Origin: Candidatus Bathyarchaeia archaeon
Lineage (GTDB): Archaea; Thermoproteota; Bathyarchaeia; 40CM-2-53-6
Direction of reading: 5' to 3'
Assembly: GCA_049513715.1 (NCBI GenBank)
Contig: JBEKVV010000004.1
Location: forward strand, 160,001-224,000
Length of the DNA stretch: 64,000 nt
The translations under genes were made by a program, and so were the position numbers. The stretch's first letter is position 1. Each line of letters opens with the position of its first letter. Shown piece by piece: positions 38,844 to 46,557 of this stretch. The notes beneath the pieces were generated by a model, which was given only the letters and a program-made list of their open reading frames with translations, made no database searches and had not been told where the DNA came from.

Positions 38844-39426
38844 TTTTCTTCTCACCTCTTTCAAGACCTGTTGTAAACTTGTCTTTGTTGAGTTGGTCGA
38901 GGAAATCATGTTTCTCTTTCAAATCTTGGTAATCGGCTTTCAACTTTTGAATCTCAACCTTAAGCTGCTCATTCTCTGTTCTCAGTGCCTTGTTCTCGCC
39001 TCGCAGATGATCAATGTCTGAATCAGATATTTCGTCGAGAACTCCTAGAACTCGCGCTTGCTCCACAGCTTTGTTGAGGTAGTCCGTCATTCTAGAGAGC
39101 CCTGCATCCTCGCGATTGAACAGTATTCTGTAGTGATGTTTCCACTCATCATCCGTTGCCTCTTTGAATTTCTGTAGGTGCTGCTCGCGAGCATTTCTGA
39201 GTTCCTTGAAGTCTGCAATCAGGTCGCCAAGCAGTTTCGCGAGGTTTACACGGTCTCTCATGTCGAGCTGGTTGGGATTTTCAACCTCATGTTTCGCTGC
39301 TTCTGGTTTGACCTTAGTTAAGTGCGCGTCATATCTTCTACAAAACTCCGACGCTGTATTGAGTGATGCTTCCACTATTATTGAGTGGAGTTCCAACAGG
39401 CTATCACTTGTGTTTCGGTTTTGCAT
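38836..39426 (-). CDS. Coiled-coil hypothetical protein (passenger)
   Basis: Heptad-rich C-terminus LRGENKALRTENEQLKVEIQKLK. Confidence 0.6.
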   Translation of the reverse strand: MQNRNTSDSLLELHSIIVEASLNTASEFCRRYDAHLTKVKPEAAKHEVENPNQLDMRDRVNLAKLLGDLIADFKELRNAREQHLQKFKEATDDEWKHHYRILFNREDAGLSRMTDYLNKAVEQARVLGVLDEISDSDIDHLRGENKALRTENEQLKVEIQKLKADYQDLKEKHDFLDQLNKDKFTTGLERGEKKND

Positions 39427-39616
39427 TTTTGGCTGGGGCTTGAGGAAGTGGAGCTTTGCGTACTATTGCTATTCGTTCTCCGCTTTGTACGTCCATTCGC
39501 CATTCGAGTTTGTCGCCTTCCGTGAGTTGGAGGAACGCTACCATGCCTTCTGGTACGGTTGCGCGAAGCGACTTAGCCCCTGTTCTTGCTATTCCCACTG
39601 TAGATTGTAGGCTCAT
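39404..39616 (-). CDS. AbrB/MazE/SpoVT-family DNA-binding protein
   Basis: SLRATVPEGMVAFLQLTEGDKLEW; divergent from the transposase. Confidence 0.8.
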   Translation of the reverse strand: MSLQSTVGIARTGAKSLRATVPEGMVAFLQLTEGDKLEWRMDVQSGERIAIVRKAPLPQAPAKNAKPKHK

Positions 39617-39755
39617 AGCTGCTAGGTATGTGGATTGTAGTTCTTAAATTTACCTACCAGAGCGCACTTAGGGCGTATGGTAGAGCGATAGATGTGTAGA
39701 TGTGTTTTAATACCAGATGTATACAATATGTAGGTAGATAGGAAGGCGCACCGAT

Positions 39756-40898
39756 ATGATGGCTATAACACGAGAACTCAGGGGCAAAGAAATAGCGGCT
39801 GCACCCAACCAAATCGAGCGTGTTGGCAATGTTTCGTACAAAGTGAAGTCTCAATCGGGTAACGGCTGCTATGATGTTACATTCTCGACTGTGAATGGTT
39901 GGGATTGCACTTGCCCCGACCATGTATTCCGCTTGGTGGAGTGTAAGCACATTTGGGCCGTAATGTGCAGCTTCGCCATCAGAAAGGAAGTTGAAGCCAA
40001 CGTAATCGAACCGATAGTAGATGTTCACGCTTGCGTATTCTGCAAATCTGAAAATCTCATACGATTTGGTTTGAGACATAACAAGTGCGGCGATCTACAG
40101 AAGTTCTCCTGCAAGTCATGCGGAAAAATATTCACGGTAAATCTGGGTTTCGAGCGCATGAAGCACAATCCACAAGGAATCACAACCGCTATGCAACTCT
40201 ACTTCAGCGGAGAAAGTCTACGGAACGTAGCCAAATCACTCAAGCTAATCGGCGTTCAAGTAAGCCACCAAACGGTCTACAACTGGATATCTAAATACAC
40301 CACCCTAATGGAAAAGTACCTAGACAAAATCACTCCACAGGTCGGCAATACTTGGAGAGCCGATGAACTATTCCTCAAAGTCAAAGGGAACATGAAGTAT
40401 CTCTACGCCCTCATGGACGACCAAACACGATTCTGGATAGCACAAGAAGTAATGAACACCAAATACGTTGCAGATGTTCAACCGCTATTTGCAGAAGGCA
40501 AACGCAGAACAGGCATAGAACCAAAATACATCATAACTGACGGTGCAAGAAATTATGACAAAGCGATTCGGAAAGAGTTTCACGGCAACTTCCGCTACGC
40601 TGGCCCGAAACACATTCGGGACATCAGATTCGATGGAACAACCCACAACAACAAAATGGAACGCATGAATGGAGAAATCCGAGACCGAGAAAAAGTCATG
40701 CGGTCACTCAAGAAAGCGGACACGCCAATCCTAACAGGGCTCCAAATCTATCACAACTACGTGCGCCCACACATGGGCTTAAATGGAAAGACACCCGCAG
40801 ACCTATCGGGAATAACCATCCAAGGTAACGACAAATGGTTGACAATGATACAAAACGCTGCACAGCGCACCCCAAGGGAGAAGAAAAGTGAAAGTTAG
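39756..40898 (+). CDS. IS6-family-like DDE transposase with N-terminal SWIM and Zn-ribbon domains
   Basis: SWIM CTCPDH...CKH; CVFC...CKSC; HTH SLRNVA...SHQTVYNW; catalytic WRADE, ITDG and NNKMER. Confidence 0.88.
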   Translation: MMAITRELRGKEIAAAPNQIERVGNVSYKVKSQSGNGCYDVTFSTVNGWDCTCPDHVFRLVECKHIWAVMCSFAIRKEVEANVIEPIVDVHACVFCKSENLIRFGLRHNKCGDLQKFSCKSCGKIFTVNLGFERMKHNPQGITTAMQLYFSGESLRNVAKSLKLIGVQVSHQTVYNWISKYTTLMEKYLDKITPQVGNTWRADELFLKVKGNMKYLYALMDDQTRFWIAQEVMNTKYVADVQPLFAEGKRRTGIEPKYIITDGARNYDKAIRKEFHGNFRYAGPKHIRDIRFDGTTHNNKMERMNGEIRDREKVMRSLKKADTPILTGLQIYHNYVRPHMGLNGKTPADLSGITIQGNDKWLTMIQNAAQRTPREKKSES

Positions 40899-41229
40899 CG
40901 CAACTGGCATAGAGGCCACATCCGAACCTACAGACAAAGAGTTCGAGGGTCTCCTTAGAGATGAATTGAAGAGATACTTGCAAGAAAAACTTGGAGCTAT
41001 GAAAACAATCAAACTAGATAGAACTCAGAGTTTCGACCTCAAGACCGTGAGGCTGAAAATGTCGGAACAAATCACCAAGCCTGAGTTCGCCTCAGTTGTT
41101 GCTGCCTATGTCTCGCTACTGTCACAAGAGAAGCAGGCAAGAACGAACATGATGCTGGAAGGGATGATGCTTCTGCTTACTGGCGCAAGTGTGTTAATCT
41201 TGATAGTGCAACTTTTTGGTCACCGCTGA
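40888..41229 (+). CDS. Hypothetical protein with C-terminal TM helix (passenger)
   Basis: Overlaps the transposase stop; hydrophobic C-terminus. Confidence 0.55.
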   Translation: MKVSATGIEATSEPTDKEFEGLLRDELKRYLQEKLGAMKTIKLDRTQSFDLKTVRLKMSEQITKPEFASVVAAYVSLLSQEKQARTNMMLEGMMLLLTGASVLILIVQLFGHR

Positions 41230-41305
41230 GTCCCGAAGACGAAACAGAACCGAGGAAATAGTTCTTTTTAGGCAGCCATGTTGGTCTTTCCTCTGGGAAG
41301 CAACA

Positions 41306-41563
41306 ATGCCGAAAGTCACCTTCAAGGTTCACAAGGCAGGATTTCAGCCGGAAACAGAGGATTTGACCAGATTAGTGGATAAAGAAGTGGAACTGTCAGA
41401 GCTGAACGCTAAACGTTTCTTACTAGACCCACATCAAGAGACGCTGTGGGACACTTGCCGATTCTCTGAAACTAAGTTGCCCTTTGACGAGTGGTTGACA
41501 AAGTGCGGCAACTGGAATAATGAAACGAAAATGTTCCAAGTTACAAGAACCCCGTCAAGGTAA
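41306..41563 (+). CDS. Hypothetical protein (passenger)
   Basis: ORF from ATG 41306 ending just inside the right TIR. Confidence 0.45.
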   Translation: MPKVTFKVHKAGFQPETEDLTRLVDKEVELSELNAKRFLLDPHQETLWDTCRFSETKLPFDEWLTKCGNWNNETKMFQVTRTPSR

Positions 41564-41874
41564 GCCCACCAAACGAAAGTTGACAGCCCTAAGAATCACT
41601 CTTACCAACCATAGACTTGACAGTACCAACTTAACGGTTCTGTTAAGTTCTAGGATGTTGGTTCGACTGTTAAGCATCGGGTGATGCCCCCTATCTTAGA
41701 CTATTAGTTGTTTGTTTAGTCGGCTCTGTTCGGTTTATGGCTGTTCGATGAAGCTGTTCGGGCATCGGTGGATGTCCATTCAGAACACCCTGTATCGTGC
41801 GCACAAAAATCATGGTTCAAATTTGGCTGCCCGCACCAGTAGACCCACACACACGAAAGACCCAAGCTGTTGCC

Positions 41875-42573
41875 CTACTTCTCTACAGCGACTTCGAACT
41901 TATCGCTGACTTTCAAGTGATGCCATCGTGAGTCAAAGCCTACGTTGCGCATATTTCTGACTCGGATGAGGTTCCGAGTCTCGTCACCTGCTTCCTCAAG
42001 TTTGAAATCGACGGTGCCATCTAGCGCAGCCTCCAGCTGTTTGCATGCCCAGTCACTATGAACGCCTCTGATAATTCCCATGATTCCTATTTCTCCTCCC
42101 GGGAGGACCGCTGGAATGGCTCGGGTGAGCGCGAACTCGACCCACGCTTTCTCATCGTTGAATCTGGCTATTGTCGAAAAGTTGTCCACGATGTTCAGCC
42201 AAGCCCCGGTGGGTGGACCTTTCAGGAATTGCGAGAACCAGATGCTCAGATCTGCGACCCTCAATGAATCACGCGCGAACTTCTCCTGGGACTTTCGGCC
42301 AAGCGTGACCGTGTACCAGTCGATGATTCTCAGAAGGTCATCTCTTTCGAGAACATCTGTATTCAGTCCTAACTGTTTCAGTCGCAAGCGAACCTTGTCA
42401 GGAGGTTGAGTGCTAACATAGTACGCGAGGGGGCCTCCAGTTCTTAGCCATTCAGCCGCGATTGTTAGGGAGGCATTGTACCATTGCGATGATGCGTCAT
42501 ACTCCACCAGGATAGAAGAACCGGGCTGAATTGGCCCAGTGGTCAAATCTTCGATTAACGGAATCTTGGGCAC
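41875..42573 (-). CDS. RAD55/KaiC-like protein with degenerate P-loop
   Basis: MPKIPLIEDLTTGPIQPGSSILVEY, DGTVDFK and RVRNMRN; GTG start at 42573. Confidence 0.7.
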   Translation of the reverse strand: MPKIPLIEDLTTGPIQPGSSILVEYDASSQWYNASLTIAAEWLRTGGPLAYYVSTQPPDKVRLRLKQLGLNTDVLERDDLLRIIDWYTVTLGRKSQEKFARDSLRVADLSIWFSQFLKGPPTGAWLNIVDNFSTIARFNDEKAWVEFALTRAIPAVLPGGEIGIMGIIRGVHSDWACKQLEAALDGTVDFKLEEAGDETRNLIRVRNMRNVGFDSRWHHLKVSDKFEVAVEK

Positions 42574-42726
42574 GGCATAAACACAGAAACAGGATGGAAG
42601 GAACTGCAAGTTGTGGCTTTTGGTTGTGTGTGTGGGAATGGTGGTGCGCACGCACACTTTTTCCAACGACGGACGATGACGATTCGTTTTCAGAAGTACT
42701 GCACAAACAAGAACAATGATCGGTGG

Positions 42727-42924
42727 CTATTGCGGTCGTTCGCCTATTTCTAGGTGAACGAGCTTGTTCCAGTGTCGTTGGCCACAGATAGGGCATTTGA
42801 CATAATACCATGCGTAGCCGGGAATTCCTCCGATGCCTGCTCTCGCTCCGATAATCCAGCCGGTCTTTTCGAATGAAGTGCGACATTTGGCACATAGCAG
42901 GGTCCATTTCGGGGGCAATTTCAC
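42727..42924 (-). CDS. Small Zn-ribbon protein
   Basis: CAKC and CPIC pairs. Confidence 0.6.
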   Translation of the reverse strand: MKLPPKWTLLCAKCRTSFEKTGWIIGARAGIGGIPGYAWYYVKCPICGQRHWNKLVHLEIGERPQ

Positions 42925-43108
42925 TAGCTCTTTGTTTTCGAATGGGCGTCTGCGCGCAATTAGCGTTACTTCGTCTAGTCGTGTGCGGCTACCAGTGGGG
43001 GGGGAGCACCATAATTTGAACGGTCGTTTCAGGCGTTTTTCGTGTGTGTGCGCACCACAACTAGGCCACTAACACAAAGTCATACGAAAACCGTTAGACT
43101 CATTCTGA

Positions 43109-43930
43109 CTAGACTGAATGAGGGCGGCTTGAATATGCCCCGCTCAGCGAGGATTTTCTAGTCCTCCTCAAGAAAGTCGCCACGACTAAGAGTGCTAATA
43201 AGAGAACTGGCACAACTTCGGGGAATTCGGAAATTGGCACCGACGTAGTCTGCAGACTACCCCAAGTACTTGGAATCTTGAAGTTCGCATCGCCGGGATA
43301 ATCAGCCGCGAGGTCGGTGTGAGTGGCGTCTTTCATGTAAAGATAGAGACCGATTGTTCCAGGAACATGCGTCTTCAAGCTTGCAAAAGCCAGGGCAATT
43401 CGCGCTTCTACGATCATGTGAGTTGTTTTTGAATTCGGAGAGAAGCTGTACGATAGTGCCGCCTTGATGTCAGTGCCTGTGTACGTAGTCCAGTCGGTCC
43501 AGCCCCCGGAGCTTGTTCCTTCAGAGGCATAGATATTGACCAGAAATCCTCCGACATCAGCGAAGTCCAAGCGATACACATTCTGATTCAGTGAGTTTGA
43601 CTTCTGATTTGACGGATCTAGGTACATACCGACCTCATTCCGATCGTCGGTCCCGCCGTAAGGAGCTTGGCAGCCAACGAAATCCCAAACAACATACAAG
43701 TAGTTCGAATCGTACTTCGCCGCGAAGTATCCTACAATCCCAGAGACTCCGGCCTCCATGGGGAGGGCAATTGTATCACTCCATTCCTTCGCCGTCGTAT
43801 ACGTTCCGTCAAGTATAACCAGATTGACGAGTGGATACAGAACGAGCGTCCCTTGTGAGTGCGCGTGAGGAATTTGTATGGCGAGAAACAGTATGGCTAC
43901 GATAGCCAGTTTGGCCACGCGTAATTTCAT
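43109..43930 (-). CDS. Secreted surface protein with PEF-CTERM-like anchor
   Basis: Signal peptide; beta-rich domain; C-terminal ISEFP, TM helix and basic tail RRTRK. Confidence 0.7.
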   Translation of the reverse strand: MKLRVAKLAIVAILFLAIQIPHAHSQGTLVLYPLVNLVILDGTYTTAKEWSDTIALPMEAGVSGIVGYFAAKYDSNYLYVVWDFVGCQAPYGGTDDRNEVGMYLDPSNQKSNSLNQNVYRLDFADVGGFLVNIYASEGTSSGGWTDWTTYTGTDIKAALSYSFSPNSKTTHMIVEARIALAFASLKTHVPGTIGLYLYMKDATHTDLAADYPGDANFKIPSTWGSLQTTSVPISEFPEVVPVLLLALLVVATFLRRTRKSSLSGAYSSRPHSV

Positions 43931-44132
43931 GCTACGCCGCCAGATTCTCAAGTAAATTCCTAAAGCCGTTAAAAGCCTTCTCGTGTGCGTACTGTATTAC
44001 AAGACACCAATATTGGATCGCAATTCTTCGTGTGTGTGCGCACCATTAGACCCGCGCCCACAAGATTTGAACCTGACATAGCCGCGATGGGAATTAGCCC
44101 AACGTTATGACAGAACGCACACATAGCCTGAG

Positions 44133-44594
44133 TTAGGCGTCTCTCTTTTCATCTTTGTAGTTACTTTCCGCTTGGGTCTTGAGGTTTCGCAACCACGTAT
44201 CCAGCGAATTATCGAGAAACTTTGGCATTATGAGTTTCAACAACCTAACCGACCAGCCTTCCATGGACTCTTCTGTCGTAACCAGCGTGCCGTTGTTTTG
44301 CGGTGTGAATTTCCAAATATGTTTGGCTTGGGCACCCAGCGATTTGCCTGTCCAGCCAATCAAGTCATTCGGCTCGAGCACTTGGACAGTGGAAGTTACA
44401 TTCAGACCCCCGGTTCTCCACCGAAAGACAGAGCCGACGGCGAGAGGGCTTCCGAGCTTGGATGCTGTTGTGGCAGGTTGCCACTTACTCCAATTGTTGA
44501 TGTCTGTTTGGATGTTCCAGACGGTTTGAGGCGGCGCCTCGATGAAGATATCCTTGTGGGCGAACAAGGGAGCATCCTTATTGACTTCCATCAA
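44133..44594 (-). CDS. SRPBCC/START-like family protein
   Basis: IEAPPQTVWNIQTDINNWSKWQP motif. Confidence 0.82.
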   Translation of the reverse strand: MMEVNKDAPLFAHKDIFIEAPPQTVWNIQTDINNWSKWQPATTASKLGSPLAVGSVFRWRTGGLNVTSTVQVLEPNDLIGWTGKSLGAQAKHIWKFTPQNNGTLVTTEESMEGWSVRLLKLIMPKFLDNSLDTWLRNLKTQAESNYKDEKRDA

Positions 44595-44597
44595 TTT

Positions 44598-44873
44598 TCA
44601 CTCTGTTCGCTGTCCGTGTTGCCGCCGAGATATGAAGCGTGTGTGCGCACCAGTAGACCTCCTGTATCGTGGACGCCAATACAGATAGTTGATTGCTATT
44701 GCGAGTGTCGCGGGAACAATGATTGCAAAAACCATTACAGGCACAACATTCCATGTCGCTCCGAACTTCTGTATCAGCAGAATCGCCGTCACCACTGAAA
44801 TCGACACAGTAACGGCGCTCACGATAAGCAATCTAGCAACGAGACTTATCATATGCTCCTTTGACTTTGTCAT
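44598..44873 (-). CDS. Small two-TM membrane protein
   Basis: Two hydrophobic segments; the 3' end overlaps a repeat copy. Confidence 0.5.
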   Translation of the reverse strand: MTKSKEHMISLVARLLIVSAVTVSISVVTAILLIQKFGATWNVVPVMVFAIIVPATLAIAINYLYWRPRYRRSTGAHTRFISRRQHGQRTE

Positions 44874-44991
44874 TCGGCCTCACTTCTCCTTCTGCTCTTC
44901 TTCCCTACATTCCATGTTTGATATCCACCGAAGGTTAACAACAATGCCAAAGGCTCATCCACTTAACAGAACCAACTTAACAGGAGGCAGC

Positions 44992-45007
44992 TTTCCAATG
45001 TTGGAAA
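44992..45007. promoter_or_regulatory. Palindromic operator TTTCCAA-TG-TTGGAAA
   Basis: Perfect inverted repeat upstream of 45051; second copy at 50705-50718. Confidence 0.6.
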
Positions 45008-45050
45008 ACGTGTTGGCGCTTAATAGTGCGATTCTTCTCTCCGACCACGC

Positions 45051-45728
45051 ATGAACGACAGGACTCTATTGGGCGTCGCAATCCTCACATTAGTGATCGC
45101 AGGCGCGTCCCTGACGCAAACTTTTCTCCTAACCGCGGCGGTGACCGACCAAAATAGGCATATCAATCAGCTGGCCTCACAATTTGGAGACCTTGCAGGT
45201 CTAGTATCGTCTCTCATGACGCAGAGCAGTCCCAACACTTCATCGAACAACGTCGTATACTTGGAGGTCGTTCCCGATTTCGGTGGGTCCACTTATGACG
45301 CTTTTGTTCTGCCCACATCCCTCAGTGGTAACACGCCAAACGCATCATCTAATGTCGGCGCCGCGCCAAACAACAACATAACTGTACAGCACGGTGTACC
45401 GATCAAATTCGTTATCAGCAACTTAGATACCGCACTGCTACAGAACTTCACCAGTCAAGTCTCAGTGCCCTTCACACTCTACAACAATACCGATTCCGGC
45501 CAAGTGGCCCTACAGTACACCCAGGGTGAGACAGTATCCAACATGGCGATCAGCCACACGTTCAGCATCCCCGATCTGCAGGTGAACATCCCCATACCCC
45601 CTGACACAATGGTCGTGTTCACTTACACCTTCACCACACCCGGTGTCTACGCATACGTCTGTGTTACTCCATGCGGGCCGGGTATGGGATTAGCGGGCTA
45701 CATGCTAGGTTACGTAACAGTCACGTAA
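45051..45728 (+). CDS. Membrane-anchored cupredoxin-fold protein
   Basis: N-terminal TM helix; SHTF and PGVYAYVCVTPCGPGMGLAGYM motifs. Confidence 0.75.
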   Translation: MNDRTLLGVAILTLVIAGASLTQTFLLTAAVTDQNRHINQLASQFGDLAGLVSSLMTQSSPNTSSNNVVYLEVVPDFGGSTYDAFVLPTSLSGNTPNASSNVGAAPNNNITVQHGVPIKFVISNLDTALLQNFTSQVSVPFTLYNNTDSGQVALQYTQGETVSNMAISHTFSIPDLQVNIPIPPDTMVVFTYTFTTPGVYAYVCVTPCGPGMGLAGYMLGYVTVT

Positions 45729-45747
45729 CCACGATCGGTGGCTCCAG

Positions 45748-46557
45748 ATGGGGTTCTCTAGGCGTCAATTCCTCACAGTTGCGGCTTCAGCCGCGGGAGG
45801 AGCTGCATTTGTCAGCATAATGGAAAACCTTCGGCCCTTGACCGCTGCAGAAACAACCCAGCTTACTAGCGTCCAGGATCCAAGCGTCAAGAAATGGATC
45901 TGGGTAATCGATCTGGGGAAATGCAACGGATGCATGAAATGCACGGAAGCTTGCACAGTTGAGATGCGAGTTCCGCCGGCTTGGGGCGAACCAGAATATG
46001 AAGGCTACCAACCATGGATACAAGTCTTCGGCACAGTAGGTTCGGATCAACGAGCCTTCTTCATGCCTGTTCCATGCCAGAACTGCCAGAACGCGCCCTG
46101 CGTGAAGGTGTGCCCCGTGGGGGCTAATTACTACAGTGATGACGGTATCGTTCTCGTCGACCAGCTTAGATGCGTGGGAACCAGGATTTGTATAGGCGCA
46201 TGTCCGTACCAGAGACGTTTCTTCAACTGGTTCGATCCTCCCGTTTCTGAAGAAGAGAAGAGCATACCGTACTCACCCGACTACAACATTCCCCACCGGA
46301 GGGGTGTTGTGGAAAAGTGCATTTGGTGCAGGCACCGTATCGTTGACGGTAAAGTTCCTGCATGCGTAGAAGGTTGCGCGAAAGCTGGAATGAAGGTACT
46401 GTGGTTTGGAGACGCTGCCCAAGACGCTGTAAGTGACGGGGAGGAAGTGGTTAGCCTGTCCCAGATGATCAAAGATAGAGGAGCATACCGACTGAAGGAG
46501 GACCTTGGGACGGACCCGCGAGTACTCTACCTCCCGCCCCAGGGAGGCTCTAGCTGA
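45748..46557 (+). CDS. Tat-exported 4Fe-4S dicluster protein (NrfC/DmsB/PsrB-like)
   Basis: SRRQFL signal; CNGCMKC, CQNCQNAPCVKVCP and KCIWC motifs. Confidence 0.88.
   Translation: MGFSRRQFLTVAASAAGGAAFVSIMENLRPLTAAETTQLTSVQDPSVKKWIWVIDLGKCNGCMKCTEACTVEMRVPPAWGEPEYEGYQPWIQVFGTVGSDQRAFFMPVPCQNCQNAPCVKVCPVGANYYSDDGIVLVDQLRCVGTRICIGACPYQRRFFNWFDPPVSEEEKSIPYSPDYNIPHRRGVVEKCIWCRHRIVDGKVPACVEGCAKAGMKVLWFGDAAQDAVSDGEEVVSLSQMIKDRGAYRLKEDLGTDPRVLYLPPQGGSS

Larger units (their letters stand above)
38559..41627. mobile_element. IS6-family-like transposon with passenger genes (element 1, 3069 bp)
   Basis: 24-bp TIRs GGTTCTGTCAAGTCTGTGGTTGGT (38559-38582) and ACCAACCATAGACTTGACAGTACC (41604-41627), 2 mismatches; AACTTAAC direct repeats at 38551-38558 and 41628-41635; DDE transposase inside. 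Confidence 0.9.
41832..44659. repeat. Five dispersed copies of an imperfect hairpin GTGTGTGTGCGCACCA-n-CCCACACACAC
   Basis: Copies at about 41832-41855 (right half), 42626-42657 (inverted), 43041-43077, 44029-44063 and 44638-44659 (left half). Confidence 0.75.
41636..44973. mobile_element. Non-autonomous TIR-bounded cargo element (element 2, 3338 bp)
   Basis: 13-bp perfect TIRs GGTTCTGTTAAGT (41636-41648) and ACTTAACAGAACC (44961-44973); AACTTAAC at 41628-41635 and 44974-44981; no transposase. Confidence 0.8.

Noticed and set aside
41832..44659. Repeats as a CRISPR array or integron attC sites
   Set aside because: Spacing is gene-sized and irregular, there are no cas genes or integrase, and no attC core motifs
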